Made by a program: the position numbers and the translations under genes. A stretch of DNA of 64,000 nucleotides from Chiloscyllium plagiosum (taxonomy: Eukaryota): NCBI RefSeq assembly GCF_004010195.1, contig NC_057718.1, positions 59,507,622-59,571,621 of the forward strand, given 5' to 3'. Shown piece by piece: positions 1-12,984 of this stretch (its first letter is position 1; every line of letters starts with the position of its first letter). The notes under the pieces were generated by a model. It saw only the letters and a list, made by a program, of their open reading frames with translations, had not been told where the DNA came from and ran no database searches.

Positions 1-2440
1 TAGATTCTGGTCTTTAGGCAGTGATTTGTTTTATTGCTTTCTTGAGCTTATATACTGTCTCCATGCAGCCACTGTCCTTTTCTTCCTAACATATATATAT
101 AAAAAGCTGTTTGGATTCCATGTAGATCATTTCACCTTTAATCTAGAAACGAAGGGATTGAACTGTCATCACCAATGCATTATTCTGCAAAGCATTAAAA
201 GCAAGGTTTTCTGGGTGACACCTCTTTCTTCTCCCCTTTGTCCTGTCGACTCAGTCCTTGATATCTTCATACACTGACATGCCCAGATGTGCTGTGAATG
301 CTGATATGAGCAAGTCCCCCTCCCCCTTCACTGCTTGTGTCATTAAAACAGGAAGGTGGCTGTTCCCCTGGCATCGTTGGCAAGGCTCATTGTATACTGC
401 AGAGTAAATTATTAATGAAGAGCACTTCTGTCGCAGAATGTTTTACCGGTAGTTAAATGATACAGTGAGGATAGAGCTGTCAATGCTGCCTCACTCCCTG
501 CAACTTCTACATGACATTTATGATGTGGTTCAGACTGCACACAAGCAATTAATTTCCATTGGGGTCTATACTTTGAATAAGAATCCCTGACAATTACTGA
601 GGAGTGTTTGTCAGTGAGCACAACAGAGTCATTGGAAACTTGTACAAAGCAGAAAGCACACAGCTATTTGATTTAGGTATGAGGTGATGCATGTTTCTAG
701 ATGTTTTACCTATATCCCAGCCGACGACAACACAGCACAAGGCAGAGCATTATGGTTTTGTGTTTCATACTCTATTATCTAGGATATTCTGAAGAAGTAT
801 GTCCAAAAACAGATTAGGAATTGGTAAATAGATTCCCTCTTCTCCGGATGGGGAAAGCATTTTGTTTTATTTTCTCTATAGCCAGTTGGTAATTTCTTGT
901 AAAGTTCTGAGGGTGTGTGTTCCACTATTTTATCCCACACTATCATTCATGTGTTCAACCTTGATAGGGAGGATTTTTGACCATGATGAACATCATAATT
1001 GAATGTAATTGATCTGGGTCTCACTCCACATACACACATAAACTCTTGGTCCAGATTTACTATCTCTTAACTGAAGGGTGACTGAGATTAATTGCTACAA
1101 TGACATTGCCTTTTGAAATCAATTAATTTAATGCCCATCTGTCATCAAACTTTTAGACAATGTCGTTAAGCTATTAACTAGATAAACTTCCTGGACTATT
1201 TGGAACTGCTGAGGTTGAACTGGGTCAGTATCAGCTCCACTGCCCATAGTGACACTGAATGATACAAACCAGGAACATCCCAGGTTTTGTTCCTTGTTTG
1301 TGTTGAAAGAGCGCAGTGCGCTGGGAGCCGGAGGTAGTGGTAAGCACACCTTTCTGGTCCTGACTAACATATAGTCACTTCTGTTGAAAAGTCCACCCAC
1401 ATTATATGTTTGTGGAAGATATGACCAATTGCACTGATTCCAATACTGAAGTAGTTGCAAATACACATGAATGCTGACAACTGGAGAGGAGCCATTGAAC
1501 CATATCACAGTATGATTTAGAACTCTCCTGAGAGAAAAGAAGAAATTGGAAGCAAGCAAACTAATCACTTGTCAATTAATCAGTAATAAGAATTTAAATT
1601 GTTCTCTTAGCATAGTATTAATGAATTGATTAATGTACAACCACAGTAACTATCATTTATATTGAACTACTAACAATGTAAAGATCTTGAGATAATTTGT
1701 TGGAGCAGCCAGTAGAATTAGTTTGACACTGAACTTCATAAGGAGATAGGAGAAGAGGTGAATCCAAGTTTAGCTCATACTGCTGTAAAGAAGGTTAGTA
1801 CAGTAGAGGGATGGAGAGGCTGACAGATACAGTTCCACTGCTGATGGCGTGGGGTAACTAGTGGAGGAGCATAGGATGCACTAGAGAAATAAAAGTAAGA
1901 TGTTTAGTACCTCAAGCATTCAGTTAGAGAATAACTGATCTGTGTCTTAACTTTACCTTCTTGAATTTACCCAAAACCCTTATTAGCCTTAACCAAAAAT
2001 AGGCCAGAATGAAGGAATGTGGACTTTGCAGGGAATTGAAAGGAATGAGAGCATTGCAGAGATAAGAAGATGTGAGTTCATGATGGCATTTGAACACCAA
2101 GTTGACAATTTTAAAATTTGACATTGTTGTTAATGCTGCTTGAAGTTCCACTAAATTTTAATATAGTCAATGGAAGCAAAATTTGATAGCCCCAAACTCA
2201 GGTGTGCAGATCACAATGTGTGATTGATCCATGCCCATTTCTTCTAACACAGCAGTGCACAAAATCCGTGCAATGTCTTCATTTAAATGTATCTGTCTGT
2301 TAAACAGCGTGTCTCCAGCAGAGTTCTGTGCGAGGTCAGCACTACTTAAAGCCAACTTGCAATGGGGCATTCTTGCTGCTGTGGATAATGGAAATGACAG
2401 GAGTGTGCAGATCTGCAATAAGAGGGACTGTGGGTAGAAA

Positions 2441-3300
2441 GAATATGCATTGAGCTTCTCTGACACAATACTAGAGACCTTGGTGGAGGACATGGATAGT
2501 GCATAGAGATTCTCTATCCACAGATTAACAGGAGACCCAACAAACAACTGTTGGAAAGGCAATGGGAAAGATAGCCATAGCACTTCACACATCAGTGTAA
2601 CTCTGAGTATCTGGATGAACGAGAGGAAGAGATTAATGACCCTCGTGTGAGTGGTCAAATTCATAGAATTTGTTTTCAATTATCAAAACATCTCACTGAA
2701 ACTCTAGCCTCACACAGGTCACTCATCCATCATGACTTACACCTCTCATTTATAGCTTCATTTTATCTTCATACACCTAACACTGTTACTAGCCTCACAC
2801 TCACATTTCACGCTCGCATATATTACCATCTATTCCACAATGTCTGGGACATCACATTGCACTATGTTTACTGACACACTTTCCTCATTCTTACAGGACA
2901 ATATGGTGCTTAACTAGAGGCAGCTGGAACTAACCAGCTGGGGACAGGCGCGTTTTCAAGTCTTCCTGCTGATGGAACAAACAGTCCCCATCATGAGAGT
3001 GGTCTTGACTGAAACTTTAGCAAGTGGAGAGGCAGAAACCATGGCAGGGGGTCTTCAGACTAGATGCTATTTCTCATATCCTACTTCTCTGTCTCCCGCA
3101 ATCTCTCCTGTTTGCAGAACATTACTTTTCCGCACACTCTCCTCACCATACCTGATCCTTGTGCTATTTCCCTTTCAGATACTCGCAACTGACTAGGAGA
3201 GTTGCAGAAGCAAGAGATGGTAGAGGATAAAGAAACTGAGGGTGATGAAACTCAATAATTCATCCTGACATTCATAACTGATAGCTCCGATTCTGACACA
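2441..3300 (+). pseudogene. Decayed Harbinger/PIF-type Myb/SANT DNA-binding gene, with remnants of 3 exons
   Basis: Frameshifted translation: FSDTILETLVE..ILYPQINRRPNKQLLERQWE..IAIAL..IWMNERKR..NDLV*VVK (2441-2658). After acceptor ttcttacag (2896) it reads DNMVLN*RQLELTSWGQARFQVFLLMEQTV, the degenerate TGGG motif region. An acidic segment follows acceptor cctttcag (3178). Confidence 0.65.
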
Positions 3301-3599
3301 ATGCATATTTGAGACGAGAGCTAAGAGGCGGCATCTCTACATGATGAAACATGTGAGGAAAGCCGTCAGACTGGTGAATCGGTGTGCACTCCGTCTGTCG
3401 GCTTCCCTTTGGAAAGAGAGAAAGTAAAGTATTTCCATCAATTCACATGCTCTGTCAAGTCACCTCCCTTTGAGCAAAATGCAAAATATTAGAAATACTC
3501 TCTGCTCTAGATGTTAGAGAGCTCAGTGCAAAGAAGTTCATGGAAACTATCATCTTTACAGTCCCTGGAAGTGCTGTCAATAGCTGGCTGTAGGTGATG

Positions 3600-3700
3600 C
3601 TGACGTTGTATAAGACACTGGTTAGACCTCAGCTAGAGTACTGTGTACAGTTCTGGGTGCTACATTATGGGAAGATGTGAATATTTTGGAAAGAGTGCCA
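3600..3700 (+). mobile_element. Short CR1 ORF2 fragment
   Basis: Encodes LYKTLVRPQLEYCVQFW, the CR1 post-RT motif. Confidence 0.8.
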
Positions 3701-5724
3701 TATGATCTGCTATTTACAAATGGCAGTGGAATAGGACTCCTGAGCCAGAACTCAACTGCTCCAATTGTTTCTTTTTTTTTAACAATTCGTTTGTTTTTTT
3801 TAGTTTTCTCTCTACTTGTGGCCATTCCCCTCAATAACAAGTAAACTGTTTTGGATACTGTTGGAGGGGAGGGGTCTGACCAGGGGCAAGCCATGGAGTA
3901 CAGGTCTCTGGCATTGGGCCTGTCCCTGTTGCTGAGAAGGAAAGGGGGAAGAGGAACAGAGCATTAGTCATTGGGGACTCCATAGTTAGGGGGATAGATA
4001 GGAGGGGTTGATGTGTTGCCAACCAGGTGCCAGGGTTTGTAATGTCTCTGATCATGTTTTTGGGATCCTTGAGGGGGAGGGGGAGGGGGAGCAGCCCCAA
4101 GTCATGGTCCACATAGGTAAGAAAAGGGATGGGATCTAAGGCAGAAATTCAGGGAGCTAGGGTGGAAGCTTAGAACTCAAACAAACAGAGTTGTTATCTT
4201 TGATTTGTTAGTTGCGCCATGTGCTAGCAAGGCGAGGAAAAGGGAGAGAGAGCAGTTGAACACGTGGATACAGGGATGGTGCAGGAAGGAGGGTTTCAGA
4301 TACCTGGATAATTGGGGCTCATTCTGGGGTGGATGGGACCTCTACAAACAGGATGGTCTACACCTGAACCAGAGGGATAGCAATATCCTAGGGGGATATT
4401 TGCTAATGCTCTTCGGGAGGGTTTAAACAAATTCAGCAGGAGGATGGGCACCTAAATTGTAGTTCCAGTGTCCAGGAGGTTGAGATACTGAGGTCAGAAA
4501 TAAGGTTTCAAGGTCACTCAAGTTCACCAGTAAGCAGGAAAGTGGTTTGAAGTGTGTCCACTTCAACACCAGGAGAATCTGGTGAACTTGCAGCATGGTT
4601 GGTACCTGGGACTTCAATATTGTGGCCACTTCAGAGACATGGATGGAGCAGGGACAGGAATGGTTATTGCGGGTTCCAGGATTTAGATGTTTCAGTAAGA
4701 TCAGAGAAGATGGTAAAAGAGGGCCAGGTCTGGCATTGTTAGTCAAGGACAGTAATACAGTGGCAGAAAAGACATTTGAGGACTCGTCTACTGAGGTAGT
4801 ATGGCTGAGGTTAGAAACAGGAAAGGAGAAGTCACCCTGTTGGGAGTTTACTATTGGCCTCCGAATAGTTTCAGAGATGTAGAGGAAAGGATAGCAAAGA
4901 TGATTCTGGATAAGAGCGAGAGTAATAGGATAGTTGTTATGGGGGCTTTAACTTTCCAAATATTTACTGGAGCTACTGTAGATGGGTCAGCTTTAGTCCA
5001 GTGTGTGCAGGAGGGTTTCCTGACACAGTATATAGAAGGCCAACAAGGGGCAAGGCCATATTGGACTTGGTACTGGGTAATGAACCAGGCCAGGTGTTAG
5101 ATTTGGAGGTAGGTGAGCACTTTGGTGATAGTGACCATAATTCAGTTACTTTTACTTTAGCGATGGAAAGAGATAGGTATATACCCCAGGGCAAGAGTTC
5201 TTGCTATGGGAAAGGCAATTACGAGGCAAGATTTAGGATGCATAGGATGGGGAAGGAAACTGCAGGAGATGGGCACAATTGAAATGTGGAGCTTATTCAA
5301 TGAACAGCTACTTGATAAGTATATATCTGTAAGACAAAGAGGAAGTGGTTGAGTGAGAGAGCCGTGGTTTACTAAAAAAGATGAATCTGACTCAGCCAAC
5401 GTTGTCTATCTTATACATTGGAGGCAAGGATGCCCTGAGGCACGGTACATTGGGGAAACCGAGCAAAGGCTATGGCAACGGATGAATAGGCACCGCACAA
5501 CAATCAACAGACAGGGGGGGTTCCCTCCCAGTTGGGGAACACTTCAGTGGTCCAGGACGTTCGACCTCGGACCTTCGGGTGACCATCCTCCAAGGTGGAC
5601 TTTGGGACAGGCAGCAGCGAAAAGTGGCCGAGCAGAGGATGATAGCTAAGTTCTGTACCCATAGGGAGGGCCTCAACCGGGACCCTGGGTTCATGTCACA
5701 TTACAGGTGACCACCATGGCACTA

Positions 5725-6135
5725 TACAGACACACAGACAGACATTCCTACACACACACACACACAGGCACTCCAATACACACACATACACACGGACACA
5801 CGTATACACAGACACGCACACAGATACTCACACACACCCTTAGAGACACACACACTCCCACACTCTCACATGCATCCTCTCACACACTTAGACCACTCTA
5901 TACTTACGCACACACATATACAGTCTCTCTCACAGACACTCACAACCCCCCACCCCACACATATGCACACACACACTCCTACAGATGCACACACTCCCAC
6001 ACTCACACATGCACCCCCTCACAGACTTAGACACTCTGCACTCACATACACACATATACACTCTCACACTCTTAACCGCTCACCCCAGACAGGCACACAC
6101 ACACACACAAAGACCCACATGCACACATGTACATA
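5725..6135 (+). repeat. Degenerate (CA)n low-complexity tract inside the PLE
   Basis: Interrupted CA runs. It generates the spurious His/Thr-rich ORFs in the track. Confidence 0.9.
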
Positions 6136-6509
6136 TACGTTTGTGGGGTGAATTTGTACTTGCAGAGTTATATTGTACTTTGCTCAAAAACTGCATGAAT
6201 TCATGTAAGACTCTGTTATGTCACTTTTTAGATTAGAATCAGTCTAAACATTATGGCACAGACAGGGAACACAGGTGGGTAACACCTTCAACATCTTATC
6301 TGGGTAGCACCAATTGTTACAGTTAACCTGAGAATGTAACTTTTTTAAAAACATTTTGTGATTTACACATGAAAGAAGTGAAACTGTCATGGTATTTAAA
6401 TAGATGAAAGACTCAACAATCAAGGTATTTTTCAATGTATAATTTCAGTTACATCACACTGGAAACTTTTGCTATAAATTCTGTACCTTACAATTGTGTC
6501 TTCCATAAC

Positions 6510-6544
6510 CACCTGATGAAGGAGCATCGCTCCGAAAGCTAGTG
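6510..6544 (+). ncRNA. Minimal type I hammerhead ribozyme motif with intact core
   Basis: CAC-CTGATGA-A-GGAGC-atc-GCTCC-GAA-AGCT-A-GTG. Stem I is CAC/GTG, stem II is 5 bp, stem III is the palindrome AGCT. Predicted cut after A6541. Confidence 0.8.
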
Positions 6545-8575
6545 CTTCCAATTAAACCTGTTGACTATAACCTGGTGTTGTATGATTTTTAACTTTGTAC
6601 ACCCCAGTCCAACACCGGCACCCTCAAATCAATCTCTTGTCAAGAGGAAGAAGAAGGCTTATGTTAGGATGAGATGTGAAGGCTCAATTAGGATGCATGA
6701 GAGCTCCAAGTTAGCCAGGAAAGATCTAAAGGGAGAGCTAAGTAGAGCCAGGAGGGGACATGAGAAGTCGTTGGCAGACAGGATCAAGGAAAACCCTAAA
6801 GAATTCTATAAGTATATCAGGAATAACGGAATGACTAGAAATAATATTCGGGCCAATTAAGGATAATAGTGGGAAGTTGTGGTGGAGTCCGTGGAGATGG
6901 GGAATCACTAAATGAATATTTTTCATCAGTATTCACACTAGAAAAAGACAATGTTGTTGAGGAGAATACTGAGATACAGGCTATTAGACTAGACAGGATT
7001 GAGGTTCACAAGGAGGAGGTGTAAGCAATTCTAGAATGTGTGAAAATAGATAAGTCCCATAGGTCAGATGGGATTTATCCTAGGCTTCTCTGGGAAGCCA
7101 GGGAGGAGATTGCAGAGCCTTTGGCTTTGATCTTTATGTCGTCATTGTCTACAGGAACAGTGCCAGAAGACTGGAGGAAGCAAATGTTGTTCCCTGCCCT
7201 TGTTCAAGAAGAGGAGTCGAGACAACCCTGGTAATTATAGAGCAGCAAGCCTTACTTCAGTTGTAGGTAAACTGTTGGAAAAGGTTATAAGAGATAGGAT
7301 TTATAATCATCTAGAAAGGTATAGCTTGATGAGGGATAGTTGACACGGTTTTGTGAAGGGTAGGTTGTGCCTCACAAACCTTATTGAGTTCTTTGAGAAG
7401 GTGTTCAAACAGGTGGATGAGGGTAAAGCAGTTGTGCTGTATATGGATTTCAGTAAGGTGTTTGATAAGGTTCCCCCTGGTAAGTTATTGCACAAAATAC
7501 GGAGGCATTAGATTGAGGATGATTTAGTGGTTTGGATCAGAAATTGGCTGGCTGAAAGAAGACAGAAGGTGGTGATTGATGGGAAATTTTCACCCTGGAG
7601 TTTAGTTACTAGTGGTGTACCACAAGGATTTGTTTTGGGGCCACTGCTGTTTGTGATTTTTATAAATACCTGGTCGAGGGCATAGATGGATTGGTTAATA
7701 AATTCCACTAAGGTTGGTATAGTTATGGGTAGAGTTGAAGGGTGTTGTAGGTTACAGAGGGATATAGATAAGCTGTAGAGCTAGGCTGAGAGGTGGCAAA
7801 TGATGTTTAATGTGGAAAAGCGTGACGTGATTCATTTTGGAAGGAGCACTGGGCTAAAGGTAAGGTTCTTGGTAGTGGAGATGAGCAGAGAGATCTCGGT
7901 GTCCATATACATAGATCCCTGAAAGTTGCCACTCAGGTTGGTAGTGTTGTTAAGAAGACATACGGTGTGTTAGCTTTTATTGATAGAGGGATTGAGTTTC
8001 GGAGCTATGAGGTTATGTTGCAGCTGTACAAAACTCTAGTGCAGATGCACTTGATGTATTATGTACAGTTCTGGTCACCACATTATAGGAAGGATGTGAG
8101 AGCGTTGGAAAGGGTGCAGAGGAGATTTACTAGGATGTTGCCTGGTATGGAGGGAAGGTCTTATGAGGAAAGGCTGAGGGACCTGAGGCTGTCTTTGTTA
8201 GAGAGAAGAAGTTTGAACGATGACTTAATTGAGACAGATAAGATAATCAGAGGGTTAGATAGTGTGGACAGTGAGAGCCTTTTTCCTCAGATGGTTATGG
8301 CTAGCATGAGGGGACATAGCTTTAAATTGAGGGGTGGTAGATATAGGACAGATGTCAGAGGTAGTTTCTTTACTCAGAGAGTAGTAGAGGTATGGAACTG
8401 TCTGCAACAGTAGTAGACTCGCTTTCATGGAATTAAAATGGTCAATGGATAAACATATGGATAAAAATGGAATAGTGTAGGATAGATGGGCTTTAGATTG
8501 TTTCCACAGGTCAGTGCAACATTGAGGGATGAAGGGCCTGTACTGTGCTGTAATGTTCTATGTTCTATGCTCTAT

Positions 8576-9110
8576 TTTCCTTCTGGAGGGAGCTCAGTGG
8601 TGGAGGCAGAGGCAGTGACGGCAGAGACTGGGGGCCAGAGCGGTGACTTTGCCTGTCAGCCATGAGGGGGGTTGGTGTGGCTGGGCAGAACTCTGGCAAT
8701 CAGTGGCATCAGGGATGTGGCTGGGGGCTCATGGTAGCACCATAGGGGGACTCTGGCAGCCTGTAGTGATACAGCTGGTGAGCTCAGGATGGCACCGTGG
8801 AGGTGCGTGGATTGAGAAATTGAGCCCTCATAGGGTAAGCCAACACGGAGCAAACTGCATGCCAATGGCTAAAAAGGACTGTAATTTGGAACTTCTAACG
8901 TTGTTTCTTGTTTACTACTTTATACTGACTAGAAGTGTAATGTTGAACTTTTAACTTATTTCTTTATTTTTCTACTCTTTACTAAGATTTTGTATCTAGA
9001 TAAGTTGTACCTGAGATGGCACTGTGAATGGTGACATTGTAAACTTTTCATTGTACTCCCATATCCTCTGCTTGACTACATGTGACAACAAAACATAATT
9101 CAAAACAATT
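8576..9110 (+). mobile_element. Non-autonomous retroelement with a cttttca.tgtac...catgtgacaa 3' tail
   Basis: GC-rich 5' part and T-rich middle. The tail is shared with 28497-28720 (+) and 43848-46370 (-). Confidence 0.6.
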
Positions 9111-9149
9111 CTAGAAATGATTTACAAGAAGCCCTCCATCACTTATTGT

Positions 9150-9811
9150 TGTTCTGGATCAGACCAAACCCCCTCAAAATATATTAAGAAAATAGCTTTG
9201 ACCCCAACTTTTCCTTATGTTTAAAGGCAAATGTAAGGCATTGTGTTCTGGATGCAATTAGATTAGTCAAGCTACCAGGCTTGAAGTGAAACAGACTTTA
9301 TTCTTATACAGTAGTTAAAATACAAACAAAAGAAAGAAGAATTAGAATAACAACGCTACTGGAAAACTTAACACAATAATAGATAATTTAGTTACTAAAC
9401 AGCAACTGTTCCAACATAGTAACATCCCACAAACGCACCCTTGGCAAAGGCAAATTCAGTAAAATAGATCGTCTCACATGTAATTCTCTAGTCCAGGCGG
9501 AAAGAACATCAAGAGAAAACTCTGAGAGAGAGAGAGAGAGAACTCAAACATTTTGCTGTAGCAGGGCAAGACGTATGGCAGTTTCCAAAATCTCAACAGC
9601 TACTGAAAGTTAAACTAAAATCCTGGTTCTGTGGGAGATTGACACCATCCCTTATGTTGCTTCTGTTGTTCCAACTTTAAAAAAAAACCAAGGCCTCACA
9701 GCCTGTTTAGTCCATTGGCTGGGAACAGACTGCTTGGCACCCCTGCCTCAACTTCTCTTCAAAAACAAAACCAAGACAATATATACCTCTTAAAGCCATG
9801 GCATTGTCATA
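9150..9811 (-). mobile_element. Probable solo LTR
   Basis: Starts TGTT and ends ..TGTCA(TA). AATAAA on the minus strand. The first ~60 bp and an internal (GA)n match 53451-53965. No clean TSD. Confidence 0.55.
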
Positions 9812-10106
9812 TGTTAACTTGCGCACCTTTAATATCAGTGTAAACTTCCAAACACACCCATTAAATCAGAAACAAATCTGAGTAAAATCATTCGGCAATT
9901 CAGTTGAAAATAGTTGATTATCACTTTAAATAGCATTGGTGTTTCATTCCTAGTGCTGAATGCTTGTTTGAGTGTGGAAGGTTAAGGGAAGGCAATAGTT
10001 GCTACGTTGAGTTTAAAGATGACACCATTATCATCAAACCAGTGTTATGTATATATACCTTTTTCAATCATCCCATTTAGAAATGGTATGACACACTTCT
10101 AGAATA

Positions 10107-10819
10107 TGGACACCTCCTCCTACTGCGACCACAACCTCACCTCCCATCACCAAGCCATCATCTCCCAGACCATCCACAACCTCATTACCTCAGGGGATCT
10201 CCGACCACCAGTCTCCAATCTCATAGACGCACACCCCGCACCGCCCGGTTCTACCTCTTACCCAAACTTCACAGAACTGACTGTCCCCGTCGACCCATCA
10301 TCTCCACTTGCTCCTGCCTCACCAAACCTATCTCCTCATACCTTGACACCATCCTGACCTCTTGGTCCAGGATCTCCCCACATACATTTGGGATACAAAT
10401 AACCTGTGGAACGTTTCAGTGAACATCTCTGGGACACATGCACAAACACTTCAACTCCCCCTTCCACTCCGCCAAGGACAGACAAGTACTGGGCCTCCTC
10501 CACTGCCTAATCCTAGCCACCTGACACCTGAAGGAGGAATGCCTCATCTTCTCCCTTGGGAACCTCCAACTACATGACATCAATGTTGATTTCACCAGAT
10601 TCTTCATCTCCCCTCCCCCATCTTAATCCAGAACCAACCTTCCAACTCAGCACCGCCCTCTTGAACTGTCCTACTTGTCCATCTTCCTTCCCACCTATCT
10701 GAGGGCTTATGCCCAAAACATCAATTCTCCAGGTCCTCAGTTGCTGCCTGACTTGCTGTGCTTTTTCAGCGATGTACGTTTTGACTCTCATCTCCAGCAC
10801 CTGCACTCCTCACTTTCTC
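10107..10819 (+). mobile_element. Internally deleted Penelope-like element
   Basis: RT N-terminal remnants (HHQAIISQTIHNLITSGDL, RFYLLPKLH, RPIIS) joined to a GIY-YIG C-terminus and a pLTR with a broken HHR. TSD cacacttctagaata (10092-10106) / cacacctctggaata (10820-10834). Confidence 0.85.
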
Positions 10820-11010
10820 CACACCTCTGGAATAGGTGAGACTTGAACCCACATTCCCAGCTCAAAAATAAGAATATTAGCACTGTGATTCAAGAGACCT
10901 GGAATTATATGGATATTTTCTAACCAATCTGTTCAGAGATGGTATTACACACTTTTGAGGAGAGACTTGAACCAGGTGGGGACACGATCACTGTACCACA
11001 AGAGCCCCTC
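10820..11010 (-). mobile_element. Two tandem degenerate tRNA-derived SINE heads; the first is the host of the PLE above
   Basis: B-box GGTTCAAGTC on the minus strand twice. Both copies share atggta(t)(g/t)acacac and gacttgaacc...cactgt..caagag. Confidence 0.55.
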
Positions 11011-11844
11011 AGGGCAGTGTAAGGCATTGACAGACTCTGCAATCTGCCCATGACATCACCAAAAGGTGGTGTGTGTGATTAGCACCAGTACTATGCACAC
11101 TCTGGACATAAAACAGTTATTATGACACTGATGGTACAAGCATTATAACCAAATGTTTCACTCACCTGGCTGAAATTGACTGTTTTTTTAATAATCAGAA
11201 ATAATACTTTCCAACTAACTGGTGTACTTTTTATGAGACTGTGTGTGTCATAGCTGTGGAGCTATGGAGGAGGATAGATGACCGTTGTTGAAGGAACTGA
11301 AAACTCGAACGTGGTGTATAAAGAATGCTGGGCGCAGGAATATTTGAGGATCCTGTGATGTTTGATGGTTTATTCCAGTTGGAAAAGGGCAGAGGACAGG
11401 TATCTGGGGAATTCCTAGTTTGTGATCAGGGAACAGTTGTCAGTTGCTCAGAGGTTCCCCAGGCAAATGACTTTGGCAACTGACAAGCTGGTGGTTGTTA
11501 GCCCCTTGCTGACCTTTATATCAATTAATCACAAAAAGGAGCCTGAAAGAGCTTTTCGGGAATTGGGGAAGGGGCACAGGATTGAACATCATCTCATCAC
11601 AAAGTGAAAAATGCAAACAGCATTTAGCAACCAAAGCATCAACGCCATTTCTTCAGTTCAAAGTTACACAGAGAACAATCATCATTGACAATACCAGTCG
11701 GTATCTTAAGATATCCAAACAGTAGGTTTGAGATCAGTAGCAACAGATTTATCTGGTCGCAGCTTTCCTATCAACTATCTACAGTGCTATCTTAGATGAA
11801 GTTTGAAGGCAGTAGCTTCTAACAGCATTTACCAGTAGGTTTCA

Positions 11845-12141
11845 GATTAGATTCCCTGCAGTGCAGAAATAGACCCTTCGGCCCAACCAGTCCACACCGA
11901 TCCTCTGAAGAGTAACCCACCCAGACCCATTTCCCTCTAACTAATGCACCTAACACTGTGGGAAATTTAGCATGGCTAATTCACCTGCCCTGCACATCTT
12001 TGGACTGTGGGAGGAAACCGGAGCACCCGGAGGAAACCCACGCAGACACGGGGAGAATGTGCAAACTCCACACAGTCACTCGAGGCTGGGACCCTGGTGC
12101 TGTGAGTCAGCGGTGCTAACCACTGAGCCACTATGCCGCCC
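11845..12141 (-). mobile_element. HE1-type V-SINE
   Basis: tRNA-like head GGGCGGCATAGTGGCTCAGTGGTTAGCAC, V-domain tgtgtggagtttgcacattctccccgtgtctgcgtgggtttcctccgggtgctccggtttcctcccacagtccaaag, and a CR1-like tail. Confidence 0.92.
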
Positions 12142-12345
12142 CATTTTTATGTTGGTAAGTTTGATGAAATTTGTCTTTAATGATATTCTGGACCAAATGG
12201 GATTGTAAGATTTGTACCCAATTTTCCTTTGCATTTAACTTATCTTTCAGTATTATTTGGGAATAAGAGAGCAATAAAGCCTTAATATCTCCTTACGTTC
12301 ATTAGCAATAATTTAGTTCATTTACAAAATAGAAAAGGAATAGTG

Positions 12346-12849
12346 GCTCATTAGAGCCGACTGCCTGTCCCTCTTCCGCGGTTACGTTAGAGCCCGGGTG
12401 TCCTTGGAGAAGGAGCACGCGGTGTCCACCAACACCCTGGAGTTGTTCAGGGAGAGGTGGGCGCCGCAGAGAGTGGAGTGCATTATTTCCCCCTCCAACT
12501 CTATTCTGACTTAATCCCTGCCCTCCCCATCACTGTTTAATCACACAGCATTGCCCTTTGATGGGAAGGGCACTGCTTGTCACTGGCCACTTGGGTGTTT
12601 CTTTTCTTCCCTGCAGTGGAAATTGAATAAAGATTTGTACACCTTGTGTCTCTCATTGTGTCTCACACCTGCACACACACAACATGGGAGCTGGGGAAAA
12701 AAAAGCACTACCGCGGTTAGGCGGGAGTGTGGGGGTAATTTGAAAAAAAAGAAAAGAAACAAACCAGGAGTGCCAGGGGTTCTGTTCACTCTGAGAGCTG
12801 GCTCTGAGGGAGCTGCATCAGTGTCAAGGACTGTCCACATAGGGAAAGT
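12346..12849 (+). mobile_element. 5'-truncated L1/Tx1-type LINE 3' end plus extra downstream sequence
   Basis: DCLSLFRGYVRARVSLEKEHAVSTNTLELFRERWAP..* resembles a Tx1-like ORF2 C-terminus. AATAAA and an A-rich tract at about 12743-12763. Direct repeat gaaaaggaatagtg at 12332-12345 and 12855-12868. Confidence 0.75.
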
Positions 12850-12984
12850 AAATGGAAAAGGAATAGTGTTGATTGGTCGCTGTCATTACCTGGGATTTGG
12901 GCAGCCAAAACACTCTGAGCACTTCAAGGGTAAATGGTAACTGAAGCAGGTTCAGTCAGAGATTGCATTTATATCAATTAACAA

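Larger units (their letters stand above)
5389..6630 (+). mobile_element. Penelope-like element 3' part (GIY-YIG, CA-rich tract, pLTR with hammerhead)
   Basis: SANVVYLIHWRQGCPEARYIGETEQRLWQRMNRHR is a GIY-YIG motif. The CR1 sequence resumes exactly after it. AATCT is duplicated at 5384-5388 and 6631-6635. Confidence 0.9.
3808..8575 (+). mobile_element. Near-full-length decayed CR1 LINE (ORF1 SGNH esterase, ORF2 APE endonuclease plus RT), interrupted by a PLE
   Basis: ORF1 motifs LVIGDSIVRG and WCRKEGFRYLDNWGSFWGGWDLYKQDGLHLN. Endonuclease motifs ATSETW and ILDLVLGNEPGQV..DSDH. RT motifs YMDFSKVFDKVP and GVPQGFVLGP. C-terminal ORF at 7967-8413 and a (TGTTCTA)n tail. Many stops and frameshifts. 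Confidence 0.95.

Noticed and set aside
1128..1568. 146-aa minus-strand ORF
   Set aside because: No recognisable domain, non-ATG start and non-coding-like composition.
5707..6236. His/Thr-rich ORFs in three frames
   Set aside because: They are translations of a degenerate (CA)n tract.
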